The notes: generated by a model from the letters alone, not told the origin. Shown: positions 1-10,257, counted from the first letter of the stretch. The stretch is DNA of 64,000 bases from Scyliorhinus canicula (GCF_902713615.1 NC_052161.1:86840236-86904235); one strand, 5' to 3'. Program-made: numbers and translations.

Positions 1-703
1 GTGCTGCCCGTGTGCCAGGCTCAGCCCCTGATACAATTCAAGGTGGTTCACTGGGCACACATGACGGTGGCCCGGATGAGCAGGTTTTTTGGAGTGCAGG
101 ATAGGTGTATGAGGTGTGCAGGAGGGCCCACAAATCATGTCCACAAGGTTTGGGCACGTCTGAAGCTTGGGGGATTCAGGCAGAGATTTGCGGATGTCAT
201 GTCCACGGTACTAAAAACGAGGGTGGCACCGAATCCAGAGGTGGCGATTTCGGGAGTGTCGAAAGACCCGGGAGACCAGGGGGCAAGAGAGGCTGACATC
301 TTGGTCTTTGCCTCCTTGGGAGCCCAGAGGCAGATATGATTGGCATGGGGAGACTCAAAGCCCCCGAAATCGGGGATATGGGTTAGTGACATGGCCGGGT
401 TTCTCAGGCTTGAGAAAATGAAGTTCGCTCTGCGAGGATCAACGTTAGGGTTCGTCAGGAGGTGGCAGCCGTTTATCAACTTCTTCGGGGAAAATTAAAC
501 TGTTAGCAGATACAATAAGGGGGAGGTTAGGGGTAAGGGGGGGGGGGTAGGGGGGAATTAGGCTAGTTTTGGTCTAGATTGGACAGGAACAGTGGGAGAT
601 GGAGGAATGTGTTATGCACTGAATTATATTTACATTTGCATTTGTATCTTTTATTGTCATAAAACCATAAATACCTTAATATAAAATGTTTGTAAAAAAA
701 AAA
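1..703 (+). mobile_element. L1/Tx1-like LINE 3' end (ORF2 C-terminal Cys/His region, 3'UTR, poly-A)
   Basis: Translation ..RMSRFFGVQDRCMRCAGGPTNHVHKVW..FLRLEKMKF..WQPFINFF resembles the L1-clade ORF2 C-terminus. AATAA-like signal and A-run at 694-703. Confidence 0.75.
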
Positions 704-2494
704 TGATGCCCTTGGAGGGACGGAGGTGGCAGCCGCTATGGACATGGAGGAGGCCTTTGATTGGGTAGAATGGGAATATTTGTCGGAGGTACTGGGACAG
801 TTCGGTTCAGGTAAGGGTTTGTGGATTGGGTCCGGTTGTTGTATCGGGCGGCGGTAGCAAGTGTAAGGACGAATCAGGTAAGTTTGGGGTATTTCGGGCT
901 GCATTGTGGGACAAGGCAGGTTTCTCACTCTCCCCATTGTTTGCATTTGTGATAGAGCCACTGGTAATGGCACTGAGAGCTTCAAGAAGCTGGCAGGGCA
1001 TAGTGCAGGGGAGGGGGCTGGATCACAGGGTCTCGCTATATGTGGACATAGAACATAGAACATAGAACAGTACAGCACAGAACAGGCCCTTCGGCCCTCA
1101 ATGTTGTGCCGAGCCATGATCACCCTACTCAAACTCACGTATCCACCCTATACCCGTAACCCAACAACCCCCCCCTTAACCTTACTTTTATTAGGACACT
1201 ACGGGCAATTTAGCATGGCCAATCCACCTAACCCGCACATCTTTGGACTGTGGGAGGAAACCGGAGCACCCAGAGGAAACCCACGCACACAGGGGGAGGA
1301 CGTGCAGACTCCACACAGACAGTGACCCAGCCGGGAATCGAACCTGGGACCCTGGAGCTGTGAAGCATTTATGCTAACCACCATGCTACCCTGCCGCCCT
1401 GTTGCTTTACAGACCGGATCCATTGAAATTATTGGAGGGATCGTGGACATTTTAGTGGAATTCGGGCGGTTTTCCGGGTAAAGTGAAACTTCGGGAAGAG
1501 TGAGGTCTTTCCGATCCAGGCGAGGGGGCAGGAGAGGAGATTGGGTGAGCTGCCATTTAAGGTAGTGGGGGTGAGTTTCCGGTATCAGGGCATCCAGGTG
1601 GAGTGGGGGTGGGAGCAGCTACATAAATTGAATTTGGCACAGTTGGTGGAGCAGATGAAGGGTGATTTTAAGAGGTGTGACGTGCTCCCATTGTCATTGG
1701 CGAGGGTAGGGTTTTGGAGATCTATAAGGTGTTAATGGACTGGGAGGGAGCCCCGATAGGAGACGTTAAGTGGAAGTTGGAGGGAGAGCTGGGGAGTGAG
1801 GTGGAGGCAGGGTATGGAAGCAGGGTCTGAGGAGGGTGAATGCATCTTCTTTGCGTGTTGGGCTTAGCCTTATTCAATTTAAGGTACTCCATATGGCGGT
1901 GGGCAGAATGAGCAGGTTTTTTGAGGGGGTGGGGGATAGGGGTGGGCGGTGTATGGGGGGACCTGCGAACCATATTCACATGTTCTGGGCCTGTCCGAAG
2001 CTGGAGGGATTCTGACGAGGGTTCGCTGGTGTGATGTCTGAGGTGTTGAGGGCGAAGTCCCAAGTCCAGAAGTGGCGATTTGTGGAGTGTCGGAAGAACC
2101 GGAGTCCAGGGGGGGGAGAGAGGCCGATCTTTTCGCCTTTGCCTCTCTGGTAACCCGGAGACAGATCTCGCTGGCAGGGAGGGAATCGGGGTTGCCAAAA
2201 CCGGGGGTGTGGGTCAGCGCCCTCGCGAAATTCCTTCGGTTAGAAAAAATTAAGTTCACCTTGAAAGGGTCTGTGGAGGGTTTGCCCGGAGATGGAAACC
2301 GTTTATCGACTTCTTCAAGGATAGTTAAGAAGTCAGCAGTAGGGGGGGGGGGTTAGAAAATGGTGGCAGGGAGAATGGAGGGGAATGGCAGGGAGGGTTT
2401 GTTAGGCAATTTCCTGTTCTCTTTTTGGTTTTGGTTGTGCTTGTTGTATGTATACAGTATAAATGCCTCACTATAAACATTTATAAAAAAAAAA
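704..2494 (+). mobile_element. Second degenerate L1/Tx1-like LINE (RT core to 3' end), interrupted by a SINE
   Basis: DMEEAFDWVEWEYL, PLSPLFAFVIEPL and RVSLYVD|..LLLY RT motifs flank the SINE at 1047-1399. C-terminal FLRLEKIKFTLKGS..WKPFIDFF. Poly-A at 2485-2494. Confidence 0.75.
1047..1399 (-). mobile_element. HE1-like V-SINE with CR1-type tail
   Basis: Minus strand has a tRNA-like head with A/B boxes (GGTAGCATGGTGGTTAG..GGTTCGATTCCC), the V-domain (GTGGGTTTCCTC..GCTCCGGTTTCCTCCCACAGTCCAAAGA) and a (TTCTATG)n tail. Confidence 0.9.
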
Positions 2495-3748
2495 GAACTG
2501 GGGGAAGTCATGGAGAGCATCAACTCCATGCAGGCAGGGTAGACGTTGGGACCAGATGGATTCCCGGCGGACTTCCAGAAAACATTTGCAACAGCACTGG
2601 CCCCACATTTGCGGGAGATGTTCGCATACTCACTAGTAAGGGGCTCCCAGCCACCAACAGTAGCACAAGCATCAATATAGTTCATACTTGTGGTGAACGT
2701 ATTATAGTAACCATTCACCACTGTACTACATTGGACCATGGTGTTGCACATGTGGGCTCCACCTATGGACCATTGTACTGTACTACACTGATTGTATCAT
2801 GTTGGTGCCATTGTGGGCTCCGCCCCTGGCTCCGCCCCCTTGAGGGGAGGTATAAAGAGCAGCTTACCCTGTAGGCGGCTCTCATTGTAGAGCAGTAGCA
2901 GGCAGGCACGGTTCTAGTCGATTAAAGCCACTGTTCACTTCAACTCTCTGTCTCGTGTGAATTGATGGCTGCATCAATAAACAACAAGGACAAAGACTCG
3001 ACTGAGTGCGGGTCCTCCAGACCCATTCTCGCTGCTCAATGTAGACTCAAAGATCCTGGCGAAGGCCTTGGTGAGGTGGCTAGAGAGTGGCATTCCAGAG
3101 GTAAGTCGCGGAAGATCAGAGGGGCTTTTCAAGGGTAGGCAGCTAACATCGAAATTCAGGGGCCTGCTGAATATGACCCCATCCGAGGAGAGAACATTTG
3201 AAGTGATCATCTCCCCGGATGCAGAAAAGACCGTCGACAGAATCGAGTGGAGGCTTGGACCAGGATTCCTGCCTGGGTGAAACTCCTGTACAACGTTCCC
3301 ATAGAGAGCGTACGGACAAACACCACCAGCTCTAAATACTTCCAGCTGCACAGAGGCACGAGGCCCAGGTTCCTCTTCCTGTTCAGATCCCTCCCGATCT
3401 ACAGCCCCAAAGCCTTTTTCAACATGGTCAACAAACTAATCATGGCATTTGTGTGGCGGGGGGTGGAGGGGGAAGAGATCCCGAAGATCCAAAGGAAGGT
3501 CCTACAAAGGAATGGAAGGATGGGTGGCCTGGGCCCTCCCAAACCTACAATCAAGAGTGAGGGGATGGATGAAGGAACCGGGAGCAGCGTGGGCAAAGAT
3601 AGAGGACAGTTCCTGCTCAAGGACATCCCTCTGAGCCCTCATCACAGCCGCTCTCCTACCCCTCCCGGCCAAATACCCAAGAAGCCCAATAGTGGTAGCC
3701 ACGCTCCAAATTTGGCATCAAATGAGGCAACACTTTGGCCTAACCAGA
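2495..3748 (+). mobile_element. L1/Tx1-like RT fragment interrupted by a solo LTR
   Basis: GPDGFPADF.., RPISLLNVDSKILAKAL, DAEKTVDRIEW and LFRSLPIY..GGLGLPNL motifs, frameshifted. Confidence 0.7.
2689..2976 (+). mobile_element. Solo Gypsy LTR
   Basis: TG...CA ends (TGTGGTGAAC...GCATCA), TATAAA and ATTAAA. Homologous to the LTR at 4446-4669. L1 coding sequence resumes on both sides. No clean TSD. Confidence 0.8.
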
Positions 3749-3977
3749 GGGCAGCACGGTAGCACAGTGGTTGGCACAGTTGCTTCACACCTCTAGTGTC
3801 CCAGGTCTAATTCCCAGCTGGGTCACTGTCTGTGCGGAGTCTGTATGGTCTCCTCGTGTCTGCGTGGGTTTCTCCCACAGTCCAAAGATGTGCAGGTTAG
3901 GTGAATTGGCCATGGTAAATTGTCCTTAGTGACCAAAAAGGTTGAGTGGGGTTACTGGGATAGAGTGGAGGTGTGGG
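3749..3977 (+). mobile_element. HE1-like V-SINE (3'-truncated)
   Basis: GGGCAGCACGGTAGCACAGTGGTT head followed by the V-domain. Confidence 0.85.
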
Positions 3978-4669
3978 AAATCCTCCGGAGTCTCGCTTCT
4001 GTCCTGGCTGACAACACCGGGGTCTGTCCTCCTCCGGAAACACGTGAGGAGCCATCAGTCCGACCCCCTGGTTGAGAGGGTCCAGCTCCTACAAGACGGC
4101 CGACAAGATACAATCTCCCTCCGGGATCTGGCACCCGCCGGTTACCCAGCGACCTTCACCCCCCACACCGAACATCGCCCCTGTCCCTACACCGCCTACA
4201 CACCCCCTCCCCCATCGCCGACCCACCGTGATGAAGCTCCAGACGACACGCTCCAAGAGTCAACGAGCCCAACACCTGTGCCCGCAGCGACAAGTTCAAC
4301 ACCCGTGCCCGCAGCAAAGCCAGAGCTGAGGCGATCACGGAGAACGATCAAGGCGCCGGACAGGCTTGATCTGTGAGCCCACTTCACCCCTGCTGGACTT
4401 CAATTTTTTTTTTTTTGGGACGTCAATTTTTTAACAGGTGGTGAATGTGGTGAACGTATTGCTGCTAAAATTCACCACTGTATTGCACTGTATTACGTTG
4501 ATGTCCTTGTGGGCTCTGCCCGTGGCTCCGCCCCCTCGGGGGTGGTATATAAAACTGCAGCTTGTCGGCGGCACTCAGTACAGAGCAGTCACAGGCAGGC
4601 ACAGATCTAGCTGATTAAAACCATTGTTCACTTCTACTAACCGTCTCGTGTGAATTGATGGTTGCATCA
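3978..4669 (+). mobile_element. Gypsy 3' end (integrase C-terminus, PPT, 3' LTR 4446-4669)
   Basis: LLRKHVRSHQSDPLVERVQLL..DTISLRDLAPAG..LRRSRR matches the pol end of the element at 5641-10847. AACAGGTGGTGAA PPT precedes a TG..CA LTR. Confidence 0.85.
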
Positions 4670-4762
4670 CTCCTGACAGACAGTGACCCAAGCCAGGAAT
4701 CGAACCTTGGGACTCTGGAGCTGTGAAGCAACTGTGCTAACCACCGTGCTACCATGCTGCCC
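4670..4762 (-). mobile_element. HE1-like SINE head fragment
   Basis: Reverse complement of GGGCAGCATGGTAGCACGGTGGTTAGCACAGTTGCTTCACAGC..TTCGATTCC. Confidence 0.8.
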
Positions 4763-4764
4763 AT

Positions 4765-5360
4765 ATGAAAGAGCCTTTTGATAAAAGAGCCTTTGCCTCC
4801 CTGATCACCCGCCGGAGAATCCTGCTCGGTTGGCGATCAGCAGCGCCATTCAAGGCTGCAGATTGGCCGGCAGACCTGGCAGAATTTCTCCAAATGGAGA
4901 AAATAAAATGTTTCCATCCGGGGGTTGGAAGAGGGCTTCCACAGGACATGTTCCAAGATCTGTCCATAGCCAGCAAACAATAGAGCAGGGGAGGAAGCAT
5001 GGACAAGCCACGGGGCAGGGAGGAACGAAAAAGGGGGGGGGGGTGGCGAGGTGGAGGGAGGGGGTGAAGGCAAGCAAAGAGAACGCAAGGAACAAAGGAC
5101 AAAGCCGCAGGGGACTGGGCAAGGTGGAGCCCAAACCAAACTGTAAATAGACACTTGGCAGTACGTGCTGTGGCCATACTGGGGACTGTAACATATGTAT
5201 GCTGGCTAAAGGGGTGTCACAGCCATAGTGGGAGGGAAGACACTGGATTGGAAAGAGATGTGTTGGCTTCAGTTTCTCTTTTCCATTTTCATTTTTGCTG
5301 CGGTTTTGTAATTTGTAATTTATGAATTGTTGAATATAAAATATGAAAATCCAATGAAAG
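4765..5360 (+). mobile_element. L1/Tx1-like 3' end fragment
   Basis: AFASLITRRRILLGW..LAEFLQMEKIK is homologous to the ORF2 C-termini at 300-430 and 2130-2260. The right boundary is approximate. Confidence 0.6.
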
Positions 5361-5364
5361 CATT

Positions 5365-5605
5365 TCTATTTCTTTATTTAATTTTTAATAAATTCAGAGG
5401 GCTTAATTTAGTTTTTCAATTAAGGGGCAATTTAACATGTCCAATTTACCGACCTGCACATCTTTGGGTTGTGGGGGTGAAACCCACGCAAAAACACTGG
5501 GAGAAATGTGCAAACTCCACACGGACAGTGATCCGGGGCCGGGATCGTACCTGGGATTTGGCGCCATGAGGCAGCAGTGCCAACCACTGTGCCACCGTGC
5601 TGTTC
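5365..5605 (-). mobile_element. HE1-like V-SINE, AT-rich-tail subfamily
   Basis: tRNA-like head and V-domain, with the tail (TTGCCCCTTAATTG..) seen at 29335-29558 and 42116-42342. Confidence 0.8.
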
Positions 5606-5640
5606 TGAAAACATTAAAAAAAAATACTGTGGTTACCAGA

Positions 5641-5894
5641 TGTGATGATATGATCTGCATACTCGTCTGCCATTGGGCCAGAACGTCGGCTTACCATTGG
5701 CCCTGGTCGGTCATGTGCCTCTCGACCGATTGGCCGAGAGGCTGAGTTAACCACGCCTCTATTAACGAGGTATAAATGTTCAAACACCTGACGATCGTCC
5801 CTTTCCACTGTAGACGATCGCAGAGCTGTGTTCTAGTTAATTAAAGCCAGACTTTGGTAAATCACTCGCCTCGCGTGCAATCGATGGTACATCA
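5641..5894 (+). repeat. 5' LTR (TATAAA 5771-5776; ATTAAA 5840-5845)
   Basis: TG..CA termini. Near-identical copy at 10594-10847. Confidence 0.95.
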
Positions 5895-5918
5895 ATTTAA
5901 TTAACTACGACTTTGAAG

Positions 5919-7094
5919 ATGGAGTTCCGCATGAAGCCCGAATGCCTCCGCATCAGCCCGCAAACTCCGAACTCTGCTGAACTTTTCCAACTCTGGCTGA
6001 CTTGCCTTGAAGGGTTCCTAGCATCTACAACCACCCCCCCCCCCACCGGGGCACAGAAGCTGCACGTCCTCCACTCCAGCGTGGGTATTGACGCTTATGC
6101 CATAATCAAAGAGGAAACGGATTTTGATGACGCTATACAAAAGCTAAAAGGACAATTCATCAAACCGATCAACAGGGTATTCGCTCGACATCTGCTGGCC
6201 ACCAGAAAGCAGGTCCCCGGTGAGTCTCTAGACCAATACGCCCGGGCCCTCTATGCCCTGGGGCGAGGTTGCGCCTGTGTAGCGGTGTCCGCTACAGAGC
6301 ACATGGAGCTCCTCATCAGAGACGCTTACGTGGCTGGGATGCTGTCTCCCATGATCCGCCAGCGGATGCTGGAAAGAGACGAACTCAGTTTAACGGAGAC
6401 GCTGACTCTCTCCGCCTCCCTGGAGGTCACAGATCTAAGCGCTCGCACCTATGACCCTGGCCAGGCCGCCTCCTGGCACGTTTCCCACCAGCCACCCGCC
6501 GCTCCCGGCCTCCCTCAGGCTTGTGCCGCGGGGCGCCCCGATAAATCCGCGGGGCCCCGCTGCTACTTTTGTGGGTACGCTAAACACCCTCGCTCGCGCT
6601 GCCCAGCCCGCTCCGCCCTCTGTAAGAGCTGCGGGAAGAAGGGCCACTACTCCACGGTCTGCCAGGCCAAAACGCTGGCTGCAGCGCTTCTGGAAGCTGC
6701 ACAGCACTCTCCCCCCCTCCCCCAGGCCTCTGCAAACGGCCTGTGTGCCTCCCTCTCTCCCCCAGGTCCGCCCCAGCTGCTCCCGACTCGCGCCCCGCCG
6801 GCCGACATGCGCACCTCCCCGGCCCCTCCAGGCCTCTGCCTGCCCGCCGCGCACGTTTCTCCCCCCCGCCCCCGGGCCCCGGCGCCCGACCGGCTCGCCT
6901 CTCCGGGCCCCCCCGGTCCCTGCCTGCCCGCAGCGGCCCTGCTTCCCTCGCTCCCGGACCCCGGCTCCCCCCACCCCGGGCCCCGGCGCCCGACCGGCTC
7001 GCCTCTCCGGGCCCCCCCGGTCCCTGCCTGCCCGCAGCGCGACTCGGCTCCCCCCCGCACCCGGCCCGCGCGCCTTACCTCCGCCCACAGCTGA
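5919..7094 (+). CDS. gag: Gypsy Gag (two CCHC zinc knuckles)
   Basis: ATG at 5919. CYFCGYAKHPRSRC and CKSCGKKGHYSTVC knuckles are followed by a Pro-rich low-complexity region. Confidence 0.85.
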   Translation: MEFRMKPECLRISPQTPNSAELFQLWLTCLEGFLASTTTPPPTGAQKLHVLHSSVGIDAYAIIKEETDFDDAIQKLKGQFIKPINRVFARHLLATRKQVPGESLDQYARALYALGRGCACVAVSATEHMELLIRDAYVAGMLSPMIRQRMLERDELSLTETLTLSASLEVTDLSARTYDPGQAASWHVSHQPPAAPGLPQACAAGRPDKSAGPRCYFCGYAKHPRSRCPARSALCKSCGKKGHYSTVCQAKTLAAALLEAAQHSPPLPQASANGLCASLSPPGPPQLLPTRAPPADMRTSPAPPGLCLPAAHVSPPRPRAPAPDRLASPGPPGPCLPAAALLPSLPDPGSPHPGPRRPTGSPLRAPPVPACPQRDSAPPRTRPARLTSAHS

Positions 7095-10000
7095 TGCACC
7101 TAGCCGGCGTCCTGGAGCCGGCTTCCGCATCCCCACAGCTGATGCACCTAGCCGGCGTCCTGGAGCCGGCTTCCGCATCCCCACAGCTGATGCACCTAGC
7201 CGGCGTCCTGGAGCCGCCTTGTGCATCCCCACAGCTGATGCACCTAGCCGGCGTCCTGGAGCCGGCTTCCGCATCCCCACAGCTGATGCCGGTCACTCAC
7301 CTCTTGGAGCCGGCCTGCGCGCCTCTCCGCTCACAGCGCCGGCAATGCTAGCTCCGCCTCCAGCGGCCACGAGGGCTTCCTGGGCGCCGCCATCTTGGGC
7401 TGCCGAACCCACGTGCGGGTCCTGGGCGCCGCCATCTTGGGGCCCCGACCCCACGTGCGGATACTGGGCGCCGCCATCTTGGGGAACAGACCTCACATAT
7501 GGATCCTGGCCACCGACTTCCACATCTGCCACGCAAGGTCCCTCCAGCATCGACTCGGACGGCGACGACGGATTTTCTCCACGGCTCGCGGCCGTTCAAC
7601 TCGACCACTCTCATCCACGCACGCTCGCCAAAACGACTACGCTGATCCACCTCAACGACCACGAGACGGGCTGCCTGCTGGACTCCGGGAGCACGGAAAG
7701 CTTCGTTCACCCTGACACGGTAAGACGCTGCGCGCTCCCTGTCCATCCCGTAACACGCAAAATCGGTTTAGCCTCAGGTTCGCACTCCGTCCACATCACC
7801 GGGTGCTGCATCGCGGACCTCACGGTCCAAAGGAAGGTTTTTAAAAATTATAAATTCCTTGTCCTCCCTGACCTTTGCGCACCGGCACTCCTAGGACTGG
7901 ACTTCCAGTGCAACTTGCAGAGCTTGACCTTTCAATTCGGCGGCCCTATACCCACCCTCACTGTCTGCAGCCTCGCGTCCCTCAAAGTGGACCCTCCCTC
8001 CCTGTTTGCTAACCTCACCCCCGATTGCAAACCCGTCACCACACGGAGCAGACGGTACAGCGCCCAGGACCGATCCTTCATCAGGTCCGAGGTCCAGAGG
8101 TTGCTGACGGAAGGGGTCATTGAGGCCAGCAACAGTCCCTGGCGAGCCCAAGTGCTGGTGGTCCGGACGGGGGAGAAAAACCGGATGGTCATCGATTACA
8201 GCCAAACCATCAATCGGTTTACGCAACTGGACGCGTATCCTCTTCCCCGTATTTCTACCATGGTAAACGAGATCACGACATACAAGGTCTTCTCAACTGT
8301 GGACCTTAAGTCCGCTTACCACCAGCTCCCCATCCGCGCGAGTGACCGACTGTACACCGCGTTCGAGGCTGACGGGCGCCTCTACCACTTCCTTAGGGTT
8401 CCGTTTGGTGTCACAAATGGGGTCTCGGTCTTCCAACGGGAGATGGACCGAATGGTCGACAAGTACGGATTACAGGCTACCTTCCCGTACCTTGATAATG
8501 TCACCATCTGCGGCCACGACCAGCAGGACCATGACGCCAACCTCCAGAAATTCCTCCAAACCGCAAAACTCCTTAACCTCACATACAATAAGGATAAATG
8601 CGTGTTCAGCACCGACCGCCTAGCCATCCTCGGCTACGTAGTGCGTAACGGAGTGATAGGCCCCGACCCCGAACGCATGCGCCCCCTGATGGAACTCCCT
8701 CTCCCCAATACCCCCAAATCCCTCAAACGCTGCCTGGGGTTTTTCGCATACTACGCTCAATGGGTTCCCAACTACGCGGACAAGGCCCGTCCCCTCATGC
8801 AAACCACGACCTTCCCACCGTCGACGGAGGCCTGCCAGGCCTTTAGCCGCATCAAAGCGGACATCGCAAAGGCCACGATGCGCGCCATCGACGAGGCCCT
8901 CCCCTTCCAGGTCGAGAGCGACGCTTCAGAAGTAGCTCTGGCGGCCACCCTGAACCAAGCGGGCAGACCCGTGGCCTTCTCCAGAACCCTCCAGGCTTCC
9001 GAACTCCGCCACCCCTCTGTGGAAAAGGAAGCCCAGGCCATAGTCGAAGCCGTGCGACATTGGAGGCACTATTTGGCCGGCAGGAGGTTTACCCTCCTCA
9101 CAGACCAACGGTCAGTAGCCTTCATGTTTGATAATGCACAAAGGGGCAAGATCAAAAATGACAAGATTTTACGGTGGCGGATCGAGTTGTCCACGTACAA
9201 CTATGATATCTTGTATCGTCCTGGGAAGCTCAATGAGCCTCCTGATGCCCTGTCCCGCGGTACCTGCGCCAGCGCGCAGATAGACCGCCTCCGCTCCCTC
9301 CACGCAGACCTCTGCCATCCAGGAGTGACCCGCCTACACCACTTCATTAAGGCCCGCAACCTGCCCTACTCCATCGAGGAAGTCAGGTCAGTAACCCATG
9401 ACTGCCACATCTGCGCCGAGTGCAAACCGCACTTCTACCGCCCCGAGCGCGCACACCTGATCAAAGCATCCCGCCCCTTCAAACGTCTTAGCATTGACTT
9501 CAAGGGGCCCCTTCCCTCTAACAACCGCAACATTTACTTCCTGGCGGTTATCGACGAACACTCCCGCTTCCCCTTCGCCATTCCCTGTCCTGACATGACC
9601 ACATCGACTGTCATTAAGGCCCTACTCTCCATCTTCTCACTGTTCGGCTACCCCGCGTACATTCACAGCGATCGGGGGTCCTCATTTATGAGCGACGAGC
9701 TGCGTCAAATCCTGCTCAACAGGGGCATCGCCTCTAGCAGGACGACCAGCTATAACCCCCTGGGTAACAGACAGGTCGAGCGGGAGAATGGTACCATCTG
9801 GAAGACCATACTACTGGCCCTCCAGTCTAGAAATCTCCCTATTTCCCGATGGCAAGAGGTGCTCCCCGATGCACTGCACTTTATCCGCTCACTCCTCTGT
9901 ACTGCAACTAATCAGACACCCCATGAACGTCTTCTTGTTTTCCCCAGGAAGTCGTCCTCCGGATCCCCTCTCCCGACGTGGCTGGTCACCCCCGGGCCCA

Positions 10001-10257
10001 TCTTGCTCCGGAAGCATGTGCGGGTACACAAGTCCGACCCGTTGGTTGAGCATGTCCAGTTACTCCACGCTAACCCGCAGTACGCGTATATGGAGTACCC
10101 CGACGGTCGGCAGGACACGGTCTCCCTCCGGGACCTGGCACCCGCCGGCGTGCGGCCCCCCCCCCCACCACAGACCCCCCGTCCCCTTTTTCACCCCAGC
10201 ACCCCACTCAGCTTCCCCATCCCTCATCCATGGCGTCTCCGCGGCCAGCTCAGGTGA
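6451..10257 (+). CDS. pol: Gypsy Pol (PR-RT-RNase H-IN); true C-terminus probably 10394
   Basis: LLDSGS protease. RT VDLKSAYHQ..VPFG..YLDN. RNase H ESDAS..EKEA..TDQ. IN H-x3-H..CHIC, IDFKG, HSDRGSSF, VERE. The open frame begins at 6451 without an ATG, so it is expressed by fusion or shift from gag. Confidence 0.9.
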   Translation: MTLARPPPGTFPTSHPPLPASLRLVPRGAPINPRGPAATFVGTLNTLARAAQPAPPSVRAAGRRATTPRSARPKRWLQRFWKLHSTLPPSPRPLQTACVPPSLPQVRPSCSRLAPRRPTCAPPRPLQASACPPRTFLPPAPGPRRPTGSPLRAPPVPACPQRPCFPRSRTPAPPTPGPGARPARLSGPPRSLPARSATRLPPAPGPRALPPPTADAPSRRPGAGFRIPTADAPSRRPGAGFRIPTADAPSRRPGAALCIPTADAPSRRPGAGFRIPTADAGHSPLGAGLRASPLTAPAMLAPPPAATRASWAPPSWAAEPTCGSWAPPSWGPDPTCGYWAPPSWGTDLTYGSWPPTSTSATQGPSSIDSDGDDGFSPRLAAVQLDHSHPRTLAKTTTLIHLNDHETGCLLDSGSTESFVHPDTVRRCALPVHPVTRKIGLASGSHSVHITGCCIADLTVQRKVFKNYKFLVLPDLCAPALLGLDFQCNLQSLTFQFGGPIPTLTVCSLASLKVDPPSLFANLTPDCKPVTTRSRRYSAQDRSFIRSEVQRLLTEGVIEASNSPWRAQVLVVRTGEKNRMVIDYSQTINRFTQLDAYPLPRISTMVNEITTYKVFSTVDLKSAYHQLPIRASDRLYTAFEADGRLYHFLRVPFGVTNGVSVFQREMDRMVDKYGLQATFPYLDNVTICGHDQQDHDANLQKFLQTAKLLNLTYNKDKCVFSTDRLAILGYVVRNGVIGPDPERMRPLMELPLPNTPKSLKRCLGFFAYYAQWVPNYADKARPLMQTTTFPPSTEACQAFSRIKADIAKATMRAIDEALPFQVESDASEVALAATLNQAGRPVAFSRTLQASELRHPSVEKEAQAIVEAVRHWRHYLAGRRFTLLTDQRSVAFMFDNAQRGKIKNDKILRWRIELSTYNYDILYRPGKLNEPPDALSRGTCASAQIDRLRSLHADLCHPGVTRLHHFIKARNLPYSIEEVRSVTHDCHICAECKPHFYRPERAHLIKASRPFKRLSIDFKGPLPSNNRNIYFLAVIDEHSRFPFAIPCPDMTTSTVIKALLSIFSLFGYPAYIHSDRGSSFMSDELRQILLNRGIASSRTTSYNPLGNRQVERENGTIWKTILLALQSRNLPISRWQEVLPDALHFIRSLLCTATNQTPHERLLVFPRKSSSGSPLPTWLVTPGPILLRKHVRVHKSDPLVEHVQLLHANPQYAYMEYPDGRQDTVSLRDLAPAGVRPPPPPQTPRPLFHPSTPLSFPIPHPWRLRGQLR
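7085..7290 (+). repeat. 48-bp tandem repeat (about 4 copies) in the Gag-PR linker
   Basis: Unit CCCCACAGCTGATGCACCTAGCCGGCGTCCTGGAGCCGGCTTCCGCAT encodes PTADAPSRRPGAGFRI. Confidence 0.9.

Noticed and set aside
1300-1399. tRNA genes at SINE heads
   Set aside because: A/B boxes continue into the V-domain and LINE tail with no complete cloverleaf, so these are SINEs.
2684-2981. TSD for the solo LTR at 2689-2976
   Set aside because: Flanks ATACT and ATAAA do not match well enough to call.
6435-7746. Long antisense and alternate-frame ORFs over the Gypsy linker (also 63046-63977)
   Set aside because: GC-rich low-complexity sequence depleted of stop codons, with no domain signal.
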